DNA of 51,809 bases, filler included, from Sphacelaria rigidula (lineage: Eukaryota): the NCBI GenBank assembly GCA_964200075.2. It is 3 parts of 3 records of this genome, joined end to end, with 100 filler letters (N's around TTAATTAATTAA, not from the genome) between each part and the next. Parts side by side here need not be neighbours in the genome. Positions count along the whole stretch, not along the records: positions 1 to 17,205 come from CAXNAA020001144.1; positions 17,306 to 34,508 come from CAXNAA020001145.1; 1 more part is not named here. One strand, 5' to 3'. Made by a program: the position numbers and the translations under genes. The notes under the pieces were generated by a model. That model saw only the letters and a program-made list of their open reading frames with translations. It did no database searches and was not told the DNA's origin. Positions within the stretch are counted from its first letter, which is position 1. Each line of letters starts with the position of its first letter. Below are positions 11,171 to 22,221 of this stretch, piece after piece.

Positions 11171-14100
11171 CTACACCCCAACCAGTACATGTGGTAGTTC
11201 GTACTTGCTAATGCAGTCACATTCTGAGTTGTCGAGCGTTTTTCAGGTTGTGGTATGCGGTGTGCGATGCACACTTCTTCCTTGGCGGTAGAGTAAGGTA
11301 CCACATTATCCAAGCGAACTTTATTTGGTTCTCTTGTGCTCGCGCTGTGTTCTTGGTTTTATGGTAGAATGCAGTAATGTAGCAGTGGTAGAATTTAGAA
11401 GATGTACGCTCGCCTAGTTTACAGTCTTTTGTGGTGTGGAGAGTGGAAATGACTGGATTTGTAACAAAAATGTGTGCAGCGTTTTGCCAGGTCGTGGGGG
11501 TTCAGACGTTAGCCGAGATGGCAGCACGGAGACAATGGGAGGGTTGCAGGTAGACGCATGGACTATAATGGTGGTTCGACAGACTTCTCGGTTATCGTAA
11601 GAAAGACGACTATTTGGCGCGGTAGGCGCCAACAAATAAAATAAAACACCAACTATTGTCACTTGAAGGCGTGTTTGCTCTGCTTCTTGGCGTTCGAGCC
11701 CCTAGGCAGTATATGTTTGGGCGCGTCGTCCCTGTAGCGCTGTCGTGTCTGACCCTAGGCAGTATACCCGGCACGTGCATAAGTGTATGCAGCTCACTGA
11801 TGATAAACGTAACCTGTCACTGGTTACACACATACATAACATGAGTATACCACACCCTTTGGGTAAATCTGTAAAATCTGGACGAATTTTCCCTATATCC
11901 AGATATATCTGGAGGGATATCGGGTGCGATTTCGGGTACGCATAATATCCGGATATGATGTTTCTTACGCGAGGTTGCAGATATATGCAAGAATTTTTAA
12001 CCCAATATATCTATATCATATTGGGGCCATTTTCAGACCCAATACCAAACTCTATCTGCTTGGCAGCAAACAGAAGAAAATGAGTGCACGTAGATATCCG
12101 CCGTACCGGCCATCGTGCGTGCAACGGACTTCGAGCTATGAAGAAATTGAAGCCCGAAACGCGCGACGAATTTTCTGATTGCTATTCTTCATGAAATTTT
12201 CCCAAACGCTCATCATCTGTCGCTGTTCCAAGGATATTGCCAAATAAGCTGTGGTCCGAGATCTTTCCATCAGGGGTGTTATCCCACGTCACATACGGTA
12301 CCTTGATCTGGGATAGAGAGCGGAACCAGTGAACGTACAATTGCTGCATGCCGTATCTGCGGAACAACTATACCAACTAAATGAGAGTTCCGGCGAGTAT
12401 ACAGCTGCATGCACAGAGCTGCTCTGTAGAAAATGTGGTCATCAACACGCTCAAAAACATATTGCCGACCTCAGAGTTATGTACACAGCTACCGACCGCA
12501 TTGTATGGTATGTCTCCCTGAGGACGAGGGACCACCTTGCGGTGCTGTACGTACAGTAGATCGTTTGTGAGGTGAAGTACAGAACAGTACACCGAAGCTT
12601 CTCCATCAGCGTTATGCGCCTACAGCAGTACAGGCGATATTCACCCCGACCTAATGTGCACGGTAGAGTGCAGCCGTATACAATCGGGGTATGTTGCCGC
12701 CGCCGCCGCCGCCGCTGCCGCTCCTGCTGCTGCATTCTTTATTTCAACTGAAAGATCCAAGATTTACATACCTCCAGCGGTAGACAAGATCTTCACTCCG
12801 CAGTGAGGCTTTGCCGCACTTCACCTCGCACCCGCGGTAGAAACAGTATCATATCTAGACGATCTACAATAGGAAGTGTTGGACCTCTCTCAGTCCGTGT
12901 CAAGTCCTTCACAATTCAAAAATCTACTGGCGTCGGTCTGCACTGTGGCGGTACGTGGTGCGAGGAATGTTTTATCACCAACCGACACCTTTCCCCCCGC
13001 GCTTCTTTCTGCACTGTGTCTCACCTGTCCCCTGCTTGCTCGAGTATTCACTCTGTACTCTGCACTTCGATACCACCGTAAAATGATCATTGACTTTGAG
13101 GTGAGGCCGAAAATCTCTCCGAGAGATGGGATCACAGAGAGATTTGAAGATGAGCTTCCTGTTATGCCGTTGTTGTCGTAGGCTTGTGGTTCTAACCTTG
13201 ATCTACCCACTAGCTCGCGGTTTGACCCTGACCTTGACCTCATGTCGCTCAGTGGTCTCAAACCACGTGATCCAGGCGAGTACATACAGTAGAGGGAGGA
13301 CGTGCAAAATTTTCATACCACACGGCTGCATTGTAGACCAGGAACCCCGTGAAAGGTACCACGACACCTCGTGCAGCACAGATTAAGTCTTCGGTCCCAG
13401 CTGCCTGGATCCTTGGACATGTTTCAGGCCTCCCGCGGGCAGTTGAATATGATGATAATAAGCTGTTTGTGATCGAGTCGAACAACGCGGCGGTACTACA
13501 CCGCACAACACCATACGGTACTGTATGACACAATTCACAACACAATCGGCACGATGCAGCATACTGATGGTGTGTAATCCATGTCTCTCACCCGAGGGTC
13601 CACGGTAAGGTTTGCTGATGTACCAGGCTGCGCACTTCGCATTTAACGCGGGCGTGAATCAGGTAGGCTTGAGCCCACCCTTCGCCGGGGTTACGGCGTG
13701 AACTTGTACTGTACACTGCCCCTTCGGCAAGTTATCGTTGGTGAAACGGTGTCTAGTAACAGCGGAACCGTTTGTTACTGCTCGGCTGCCGCGTTCACGT
13801 GCATCCTGAAAATGACTGCAGTATTATGAAGCTGCTATTGCTAGCTCGGCAGATAGAACCAACACCCCTGATGAACTACCGTAGCGACGGCAAAATAGTT
13901 GTGACTGTACGCGGTATACAGTGGAAACATTAGCGTTTGCACACGAAGGTGTGCCAAAAGAGCGGCAAGGGTTACCGTCACTTCTACGTGGGCTAAGGCT
14001 ACTTCGTATGTGTGAGATATGAAACTTGTTGAAAAGTGCATTTTTAGCCCTTCTTCGTCGTTTTTCCCACGAAGAGAGGGCTAGGCGGACGTTGACACCT

Positions 14101-16264
14101 TGGAATAACTGGCTCTACTCGCTGGGACGTTTCTAGAGCAACTTTGCGTGTCCATAGGTCACGGTTTCGTTTTTAGCCAAACTTGCATTTTCAAGAACAA
14201 ACGGTTAAGTTCTCAAAAAACAGGGCGGAAACTGCTATTTTATTGGTATCTTGACCGTTTGTTACTGAAAATGCATGTTTGGACAATAATGAAACCGTAA
14301 CCTACGGGAAACGTAAAGTTGCTCTGGAACCGTCTCAGCGAGTAGAGCAAGTTATTCCGAGGTGTCAACATCCGCCTAGCCCTCTTTTCGTGGAAAAAAG
14401 ACGGAGAAGGGCCAAAAACACGCTTTCCAACAAGTTTCATTCTTTTATACAAGAGAAGTAACCTAACCGGGCCAATAGCGTTTCAGCTGTACTTTCCCTC
14501 GGTCAAATTTCAGGTAGGTACAGCGAATTCATCATCCGGTAGCTCATCTCACGCAATTCCGTGTTTCTTCGTGAATACAATGCCCCCTGTTAGAAAATGA
14601 CCAATTCGAGGACCAGAGACTTAAAAATACCATGGAACCAGGCACCGCTGACTTGTAGATTGGGACGCATGTCATACTACTCGCCAACAAAGTGCTGCCA
14701 TATGATTGTTGTCCCAACAGTTCTTTTTTGCCAAACCTGCAGGCGATTAGCCTCGGAAAGCAGTGAGTGGACACGAACAACGAACGGTGTTTTTGGCCCC
14801 TGAATTATTCAAGCGGCCGAGGAAGGCATTGAAGGACGAAAATGGCAACTGCTTTGGTGAGTGCGTGGTTTCAAGTACTACATATGAATATTTAGTGGTC
14901 ATTACGCTTTCTATTATCGAAAGCAATGGCGACTTGTATAAGGAAGATCAGAGAAAAAGTAAAGTAGCACGGAGGTTTATGATGGGCCAAAAATTGCGAA
15001 GTTTCTCCAACGCCGGATAGACAACACTTGAAGGTCAACTGGTGTGTCTACTTCTGTGGTCCCAGATGGTAACCGAATGGCGCGAATTATTTGAAGTTCG
15101 CGGTACTCAAATGCAGTAAGGGAGCAGGTGGCGCAGCACAGCCGGTGCATCAAGACCGACAAAACAATACAGTATTTACGAGTGGATCATCTAACCCGCT
15201 TCTGTCAGACGTAAGTGCATATGTTTTGCACAATTGCAGTTATGGCGATAAGGCGAACATGAAACCTCGGTAAATACCCAAAGTATACTACTCCGTTCAT
15301 AGGGGCTATTGTTAGCCTGTGATGGTGTGGTGCCTTTGGTATAGCAACAGCTACGATACCAGCCTCAAAGGGCTCGGATGTGACACAACTTTCTGCGATT
15401 TTTTGCGCATTCGCAGTTTTCTGCTTCCGCGTGGTCCGTACTCTGCAATGGTTAGTCAGATACACGTACCTTGGTTGTTGTTTCCATCCTCGCAACGCGC
15501 ATCATTCACTTTATCCGAGCCTCAAAACTCCCCACGCTCCAGCGCATGAAAGTCTAAGACGCCCTACTAAATACTATTGCTTGCCGCCACAAACCCCCGT
15601 CTTCGCTCGGATGTCCATAAGTATTTTATGGTGTCCCTCAGAAGTGGGGGAGAGCAGGTATACGCGGCCAAAAATACGGTTCCTGAAGCTCCTTTAACGT
15701 GCTTGTAGGTGAATATATCGCAGAAGTTGCTACATGAACAATCACGTCTCAATCCGTGCAATACAGAACAATGCTGAGTAGGGTCATTTTAGGACTACAT
15801 AATTGTGGATTATTGTGCAATAGAATGCACTGTACCTAACACCAGTTGTAAATCACAAGACGATCTAGACAACACAGGGACAGGTGAGCATTGCTATCAG
15901 CCTCAAAGACACAACCAGATACTTCAGGACAGCCAAATGAGCAATTTTTCCAAACTCCCAGGCAATTCTGATTCTGGACTTTCAGGCGGTAGTCGAATGA
16001 TGTGTTGTGTGTTTATTACATATCGTGCCTTGAGTCAATCTGTTTCGGATAAATTTTGCAGGCAGTACTAACTGATGTCAACACCAATCGACTTTGTCAT
16101 ACCACCACAAGTTCTTGCTTTCATCCCCCGAAGAAGCGTGCTACGAGATCCAGGATGAGATAACAGCAAATGCCCTGACTCATTTCACCTTGCGAAAGCA
16201 TCGCGCCTTTAAAGTCGCCAAATCTTCCCACGACCAATGTCCCACCCATCACTGCAATGTCCAT
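11171..16264 (-). CDS. Possible multi-exon gene of unknown function (weak model)
   Basis: Scattered short open segments with good splice sites: 16264-16189 (MDIAVMVGHWSWEDLATLKARCFRK|gtgaaa), an exon ending at 12772 (..EDLVYRW|gtatgt), 12356-12302 (YGMQQLYVHWFRSLSQIK|gtac) and 11223-11171 (NVTALASTNYHMYWLGC|gtag). The last three are phase-compatible. No family recognised and no complete path built. Confidence 0.28.
11850..12280. repeat. Second, inverted copy of the 10.5-10.95 kb repeat
   Basis: See the 10490-10950 entry. The ends cacaccct...aggggtgt resemble short TIRs. Confidence 0.55.
14019..14440. mobile_element. Foldback/palindromic MITE (arms of about 200 bp)
   Basis: 14019-14220 is the imperfect reverse complement of 14240-14440, e.g. 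atgaaacttgttgaaaag / ctttccaacaagtttcat and gagggctaggcggacgttgacacct / aggtgtcaacatccgcctagccctc. Confidence 0.85.
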
Positions 16265-16283
16265 CGCGTGATCACACCACAGG

Positions 16284-16315
16284 GGTTAGGGTTAGGGTTA
16301 GTGTTAGGGTTAGGG
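16284..16315 (+). repeat. Interstitial telomere-like (TTAGGG)n
   Basis: ggttagggttagggttagtgttagggttaggg. Confidence 0.85.
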
Positions 16316-16584
16316 ATTTTTTTCGTAACTGAAAACCTTTTCCCATTTTTCTCAGAGTTGATGGGGGCGGGGGGCGGGCAACGGTGCTGCTAATCCAGGC
16401 TTTCCGAATGACTTGACCTGCCCGCCGTTATTTCAGTGAGAAATGTAGAAAATACCAAGCGCTAGCGAATAATTGACCCGCCACAAGCAGATTGTCACGC
16501 CCGCTACGACGTGTTTGTCCAGTATCACACGAATTCCCTGCATACTTTCAACACCCGCGTGGTTCCTGCTATTTTGTTTTTGAG

Positions 16585-16749
16585 AAGAGGGCGGCAGCGG
16601 CGAACAAGAGCCTGGCCAAAACTGCCAACGTACGACGGCGGACCTGGGTGCTGGATGACTTTGAAATCGGTCGACGTCTGGGTCAAGGGAAATTCGGTAA
16701 AGTGTACCTAGCGCGCGAGAGGAGATCTGGATTCGTCGTTGCTATCAAG
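16585..16749 (+). CDS. AUR: Aurora-family Ser/Thr kinase, exon covering subdomains I-II; the rest of the gene is cut off by the contig end
   Basis: [38 protein letters not shown] matches the Aurora signature WxLxDFEIGRxLGKGKFGxVYLARE...VALK. A polypyrimidine acceptor lies upstream and the donor is AAG|GCAAGA. Confidence 0.9.
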
Positions 16750-17205
16750 GCAAGAATTTTGTTGTTTGACGCAGCGTGAATGTCACAATCTCGTGAAACA
16801 CTCCAGTGTGACAGTTCGTGGTAGAAACCTCTTGGCACGCACTCACCCTCATCCTTGAACGCTAAGCACACGGTACACACCGTACAATCCGATGAAACTC
16901 GACGACCTGTGGTAGTGCCGGTCTGGTGCCACATCATCGAGAGCAAGAGAGGTACCGGGGAAGAAGTCAAACAATAAGGCCTCTCCTCGGAACCGATGTT
17001 TGGACAATGACCGTACGGTGTGGTGCTTGACGCTCGCGGTATCACTGCGGTGCACGGTGTTTGGTACCTGCATAGTGTCGTACTCACGACGCGGTATTAT
17101 TTTATCGACTCATTTTTCGACACGGGGGGGGGGGGGGGGGGGGGCCCCTTTGTTTTTTTTCCCTTGGTGGTTGGACCTTTACACCCCCACCCTTTTGGGG
17201 GGGGG

Positions 17206-17305
17206 NNNNNNNNNNNNNNNNNNNNNNNNNNNNNNNNNNNNNNNNNNNNTTAATTAATTAANNNNNNNNNNNNNNNNNNNNNNNNNNNNNNNNNNNNNNN
17301 NNNNN
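17206..17305. other. Artificial contig linker N44-TTAATTAATTAA-N44
   Basis: Exactly 100 nt, with a six-frame stop oligo at 17250-17261. Confidence 0.98.
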
Positions 17306-17610
17306 TCCTTCCTGTCCTCTGGGGACAAAAAAAAAAAAAAGTCGTCAAGGCAGTCGGCGATTTTGTCGCATGCCGAAGGGTTTCCAGAGAACGGGCAGCC
17401 GTGAATGCTCCTTCATGCACTCTCTGGGAGTTTACGTGAAACCGATAGATATTGACGATCCCATGTACATGTACTTCTGCGATTGTTCGTGTAGTCTTCC
17501 TCTATCAACCCCGTGGAAGCCATTCAGAGTTTTCGTGAACTAACTTTCATCTTCTGTATTTCGCCACTGTTGTAGTGACGTGGGTCCCACCACAGGGGTG
17601 ATGATAATAC

Positions 17611-18646
17611 CAAGGTCGTGTTTTGTAGGGTACGGTTTTCTGTATACCAGGGTGTTTTGCCGTGTATATACCGTAGCCGACAGTTCTGTAAACTCTGTGA
17701 GACCCTCATACCCGTACCCGATAAGTTCTGTAGACCTCCCTTACCGTTACCGGGGGGCATGGGTATGCTCTTGATAAGATACCGGGTTGCGGGCACGAGG
17801 TGGGCCAGCCAAGAGGAGGTGTGAATCTCGCTCAGGCGACACATGGCGCGATATTCGGAGTTGGACGGTGAAATTTTGGCAACAGCTTTACATTATTGAA
17901 ATGCAGAAGATCACGTAAACAACAAAGAAAAAAAAGACAGGAAGTTATGGGCATTTGAAATTGCAGCAAAAAGAAGATAATGTCATAGGTACAGGAAAAA
18001 AAGGAGAATCTGGAGCTGCTCACGTGAAGTATCAGTACCTTGGGTGCAAAAGGTATACCTGAAATTTCAGCTCAAAACTCGTCGAATTGGGCCGTGCGTT
18101 CAACATTTTTCGTGACGCTGGTGCACCCATATAAATCAAGTGACGGGAGACTCCAATTATGGAAGTCATGAGTTCGAATCCCGACAGGTTCTCTTTTTGT
18201 TTTCGTCCGTCGTTTGGGGTCATACATTATGCAGTACATTTTTTTTTCATTTTTTCTGTTCATTTAGCGGCGGTGCCGTGTGTTATCAGGTTGATCTACA
18301 CTTCCCAGTGATGTGCTCACATCGGGTTCGTTCGGGAAACTGGGATTGCTGTGGTGTGAGCAAGTTTTAGCCGCTTTTAAACTGACCCAGCTCGTACGAT
18401 TTTTTGTGCAACCTCCATACCCTACCTGACAGTTTCTGCGAGTTCTGTGCAAAAACTTCACCCTAACTCGAGGGGGGAGCGTACTCATTTCCCTAACTCG
18501 AGGGGTGGGTTTGCCCTGAAAGAGTTACCCGATTGCCGGTAACTATTTTCTGTGAGCCTCCCATACCGTACCCGACAGTTTTGTGAGTTCTACATGGAAT
18601 CTCATACCCTACAGAACGTACCCGTACCCCACAGAACACAACCTTG
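17611..18646. mobile_element. Non-autonomous TIR element with subterminal tacccgacagtt-like repeats (CAAGG...CCTTG family)
   Basis: Left end caaggtcgtgttttgtagggtac, right end gtaccccacagaacacaaccttg. Related ends occur at 49691-49926 and near 45462-45663. No TSD was seen for this copy. Confidence 0.6.
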
Positions 18647-19235
18647 CACATTTATATAGGTGAGGCACCCCACCGGAGTATTGTTGTGCTGCAGTCCGGA
18701 GGTCGCACCCCCCGAACATTTTGCAAACGTGCTAAGCCATATCACAAAAACAAAGTAGTATGGCCGAGCGCACAGAAATCCCCTCATCACATGTGGAAGG
18801 ATTGAGGTGCGATACAGTATTTACGCGATTTACCGCCAGATGGAAGCGGTTGCGGGTCTGAAAAATACGTCTTGGGCAAAACATTGGTCCTTGGAAGCTG
18901 CGAAAATCGACCATATGTTGTTTAAAAGACAGCACCTCGAAATCAGCACTTTTCCATTGCCCAGATTTGGGGGAGATGCGGGAGTTTCCCGATCTGAGTA
19001 GAAAGGTAATGAACCAAACGTCAGCGCCCAGAGAATCGGAGAATTGATGTGGTTCCTTCAGGGCTAGGCGAAAAACATTGCCCAACGGATTGCGGTTCGA
19101 AAAATCAATCCACGGGATAAAATCGGATTCAAACGGGCTGGAATCCTCATATTTGTACAAATACGGATTGGTGGCCATACAAAATGGTGTCGGGGACATG
19201 ATACCAGGCTGGGCCGCCCAAGACTCGGACAGGGA

Positions 19236-19870
19236 TGTGAACACGCGATTTAACAGCTCAATTGTGAGTCGTTTCCTATGAAATTTTGACACAAGGTACA
19301 GGACGTATGTACGACGACTCCATTATCTCTCCCCCATATTTGTTTAGGGGAGGGGGGGGGGAGGTACTCACGATTTTGTTCCGAAATAAACTGCTCTGAA
19401 ATGTTTGGTCGCCGATAACTCACAGAGAAAAAAATCAATGCAGAGGGCAGACGGTGGAGTCTTCGCACATACATCCTGTACATCGTGTCAAAATTTCATA
19501 GAAAACGACTGAAAATTGAGCTGCTCAATCGCGTGTTCTTGTCGAAGACTGGTTCCTATGTGGAGATGGATCAGCCACGAAAAACTGAAACGCGGCTATG
19601 CTGTTCAATTTCAAGTATTTTTTGACGAAAATTTGAAACGATGCGCATGAGGTGTGTTGTGAAGTTCCTGTTGTACCCCCCTTCCCTCCGACATGTATTT
19701 TTTTCAACGAGTTGTCAACGCTTTTGTACCAGGAAAAGTGTTCCGAAATTTAGATAACCCATAACTCTCGAGAAGAAAAAAAAGAGGGGCAAACGGTAGG
19801 GGCTTTACATAAACCTCATGTATATCGTATCGTGTCACAATTTCATGAAGAACGACATGAAATTGAGCAG
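19236..19870. repeat. Inverted repeat of about 88 bp (19236-19322 vs 19454-19538) with a third partial copy (about 19819-19870); transposon relic
   Basis: aacacgcgatttaacagctcaattgtgagtcgtttcctatgaaattttgacac...gactcca versus tggagtc...gtgtcaaaatttcatagaaaacgactgaaaattgagctg...cgcgtgtt. Confidence 0.75.
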
Positions 19871-20437
19871 TGAATTCGGGTTTTTCTGTCGAGAAGCGGT
19901 TCACTTGCTTTTAGACTACAATAAACTCAGCCGGAACCTTGACGTTTTCTACAAGCGCGACGCCTTGGCGCGCTGGAGGCCTCGTCTGCGTGCCATCTGA
20001 CACTACGCGCGCCTACAGTACGATATGCCTTGTTGTACAATCACAACTGGTGCAGCACCATCACATTGCGGCCGCGGCAAAAACGACCGTAATCGTAAAT
20101 GCGATGTCAGCCGTTTTTTCCCCCTAATTCCGCCGCGCATGCCACCCCCAACTCTCTACACTTCGCAGCTGACTATAGTTTGGTGTTACGTTTGATGGGA
20201 ACTCGTCACATCGCAGTGCTACGTGAAGTGGAAGACGCGCGTTGATTTGCAGATCATCACATTGTGTCATAGTAGGCACGACTCGCGATAGATCGTCAGT
20301 TAAAACCGGCTGAAAGCAAGTCCGCTTCTTAGGCGGCTCAGCCTGCATTGCAATAGCAACAGAATCTGCTGCAGCAGGTGCCAATAGTGTCGTCCATAAG
20401 GGCCTTCGACCGGCAAGTTTCTCTCTCTGTTGTCGTC

Positions 20438-21097
20438 GCAAACCTTCACGCCGTTATTAGGAGTTAAATCCTGAAACTTTTCACAAATGTGCCATGCATC
20501 ATTACGCGACCTTATACGGACGAGGTTTTTTTACTTGTTGAGTTATTCACCGTTTTCTGGGGGTCCGACAGGATCCAAGTCGTATTTCAAAGTAGTCTCC
20601 ATTCTGAGACTTTGGAAAACCGGCACTACAATACTTGTTTCTATTTTTTCGCGCACGATATGTCGCCGTACAACCCAAGGAAGCACCCCACACAATTTGG
20701 TCGCAAAACTCGACTAACTGATGCTTGAATTTCCATCTTCACGTCGAAGAAGGCCCAAAAACGCCGTTTTGGTAAAAAAATCAAGTAGGTAGTCAGGTAC
20801 GCCAAGGTTTATCGCACAAAAGCGAAAAACCTGAAGGAGTTAGGCCCTGAACCCTGAAATGTTGCACAACTATGCTATGGGTGATTACGCAACTTTGGAA
20901 GAACGAGATTTTTTTTACCGTTTTACGGGGTTCCGATTGGATCGATGTTTTCCCGAGGAAATGGGGACCATCGACAAACGGTGAAAAAAGTCAGCAAGTG
21001 AAAATAAAAACTCGTTCTTCGAAGTTGCGTAATGAACCATAGAGCATATGTGCAAAATTTCAGGATCTAACTCCTTAAAAACGGCGTGAGGTTTTGC
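20438..21097. mobile_element. MITE with TIRs of about 85 bp and an internal TIR-like copy near 20835
   Basis: gcaaaccttcacgccgttattaggagttaaatcctgaaact / aaatttcaggatctaactccttaaaaacggcgtgaggttttgc. Confidence 0.75.
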
Positions 21098-21299
21098 CGA
21101 GCAGTGTTTTTTGGGTCATGACTATGAACCAGCCCGTAGGTGGGAGTCAAGTGCCGCTTCGTGCCTTTCCACCGCATGTTTTCGATCGACAAAGCTTAGC
21201 TTTTGGGCGTGTCTTATTAATACAGTAGCATTTGTTACAGTACCGTTCATGGTGATACATATGCCGTACGAGTAGTGCAGCGTGCAAGGGCAGGTCAAG

Positions 21300-21555
21300 T
21301 AGAGTATACCCAATACTCAGTATTTTCGAAGAGTCATACTTTCAGTACTCAAATTTTGAGTAGAGTATTTGAGGTTATCTACTTAATCTACCCAAATATT
21401 GATTCGAGTAATGAGGTCATACCCAAGTGATACTCTACACTCAAGTATTACTGAGAGCGCTTACACAAAAATTGAGTGAGATATTTGAGGCCGTACTCGA
21501 ACTACTCAAATTTTGAGTAGAGTATCAAGGTCATACCCAAGTGATGATCTATACT
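21300..21555. repeat. Degenerate array built from TACTC/GAGTA palindromic modules
   Basis: tactcaaattttgagtagagtat occurs twice (21346, 21503) and aggtcatacccaagtgat occurs twice. Confidence 0.7.
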
Positions 21556-21949
21556 GGCGAGCGAAGATTAACAAAGCGAAACGCTGACTGCCCGCGAGCA
21601 CCGCCGAAAGCAGTGGTGACGACAGCCAAGCCATCATGGCTGCTGTCGTGGGCTGGAGGGTGTGTTCAAACGAGGTTCAAACTCGTTTTCGATGCCATTA
21701 TTCGATAGCCCAAGGTTATCGGAGAATCCTGATTTTCTAATAAATTTGGGCTAGCGGAAAATGTTATTAGAAAAACTTCTACTAAAAAACGCGTCTTCTG
21801 ACCACATTATAAATGAGTGGGTTTTTGGTTATTTATCAGAAAACGCGTTTTTTTATACAGGTTTTTTTATACACATGAAATAGCTTTAGGACGTGTTTTG
21901 GCACATTTTCTGTCGATCGAAAAAGTACCGTGGAGGAGGAAATTTTCGA

Positions 21950-22221
21950 TGGTTTTGGCCAAACTTGCATCTTGAATATGAAACGGTCAGGTGATCAAAA
22001 TACTGGCAGTTCCCCCCCTTTTTTCATCACTTAACCGTTTGTTATTGAAAATGCAAGTTTGGCTAGAATAAAACTGCGGCCAGCGGGAAATGCAAAGTGG
22101 CCCTGGAACGGTCACAACGAGTAGAGCGAGTCGTTCCAAGGTGCCCACATCCGCCTATTTATAACCTTCTTTCCAGGCGTGAAACGACGGAGAAGGGTCC
22201 AAAAAGCAGGATTTTCTGAAC
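21950..22221. mobile_element. Truncated copy of the 14019-14440 palindromic element
   Basis: Shares gccaaacttgcat..aaacggt..accgtttgtta.tgaaaatgca.gtttgg..cgagtagagc..acatccgccta..gacggagaaggg. Confidence 0.75.

Noticed and set aside
12772..12870. In-frame TGA before YCFYRGCEVKC on the minus strand (possible selenocysteine)
   Set aside because: The exon boundary is unverified, there is no selenoprotein similarity, and no SECIS was identified.
13648..13802. Cluster of short hairpins resembling an ncRNA
   Set aside because: No SRP, snRNA or RNase P/MRP motifs were recognised. It could equally be a minus-strand exon or chance folding.
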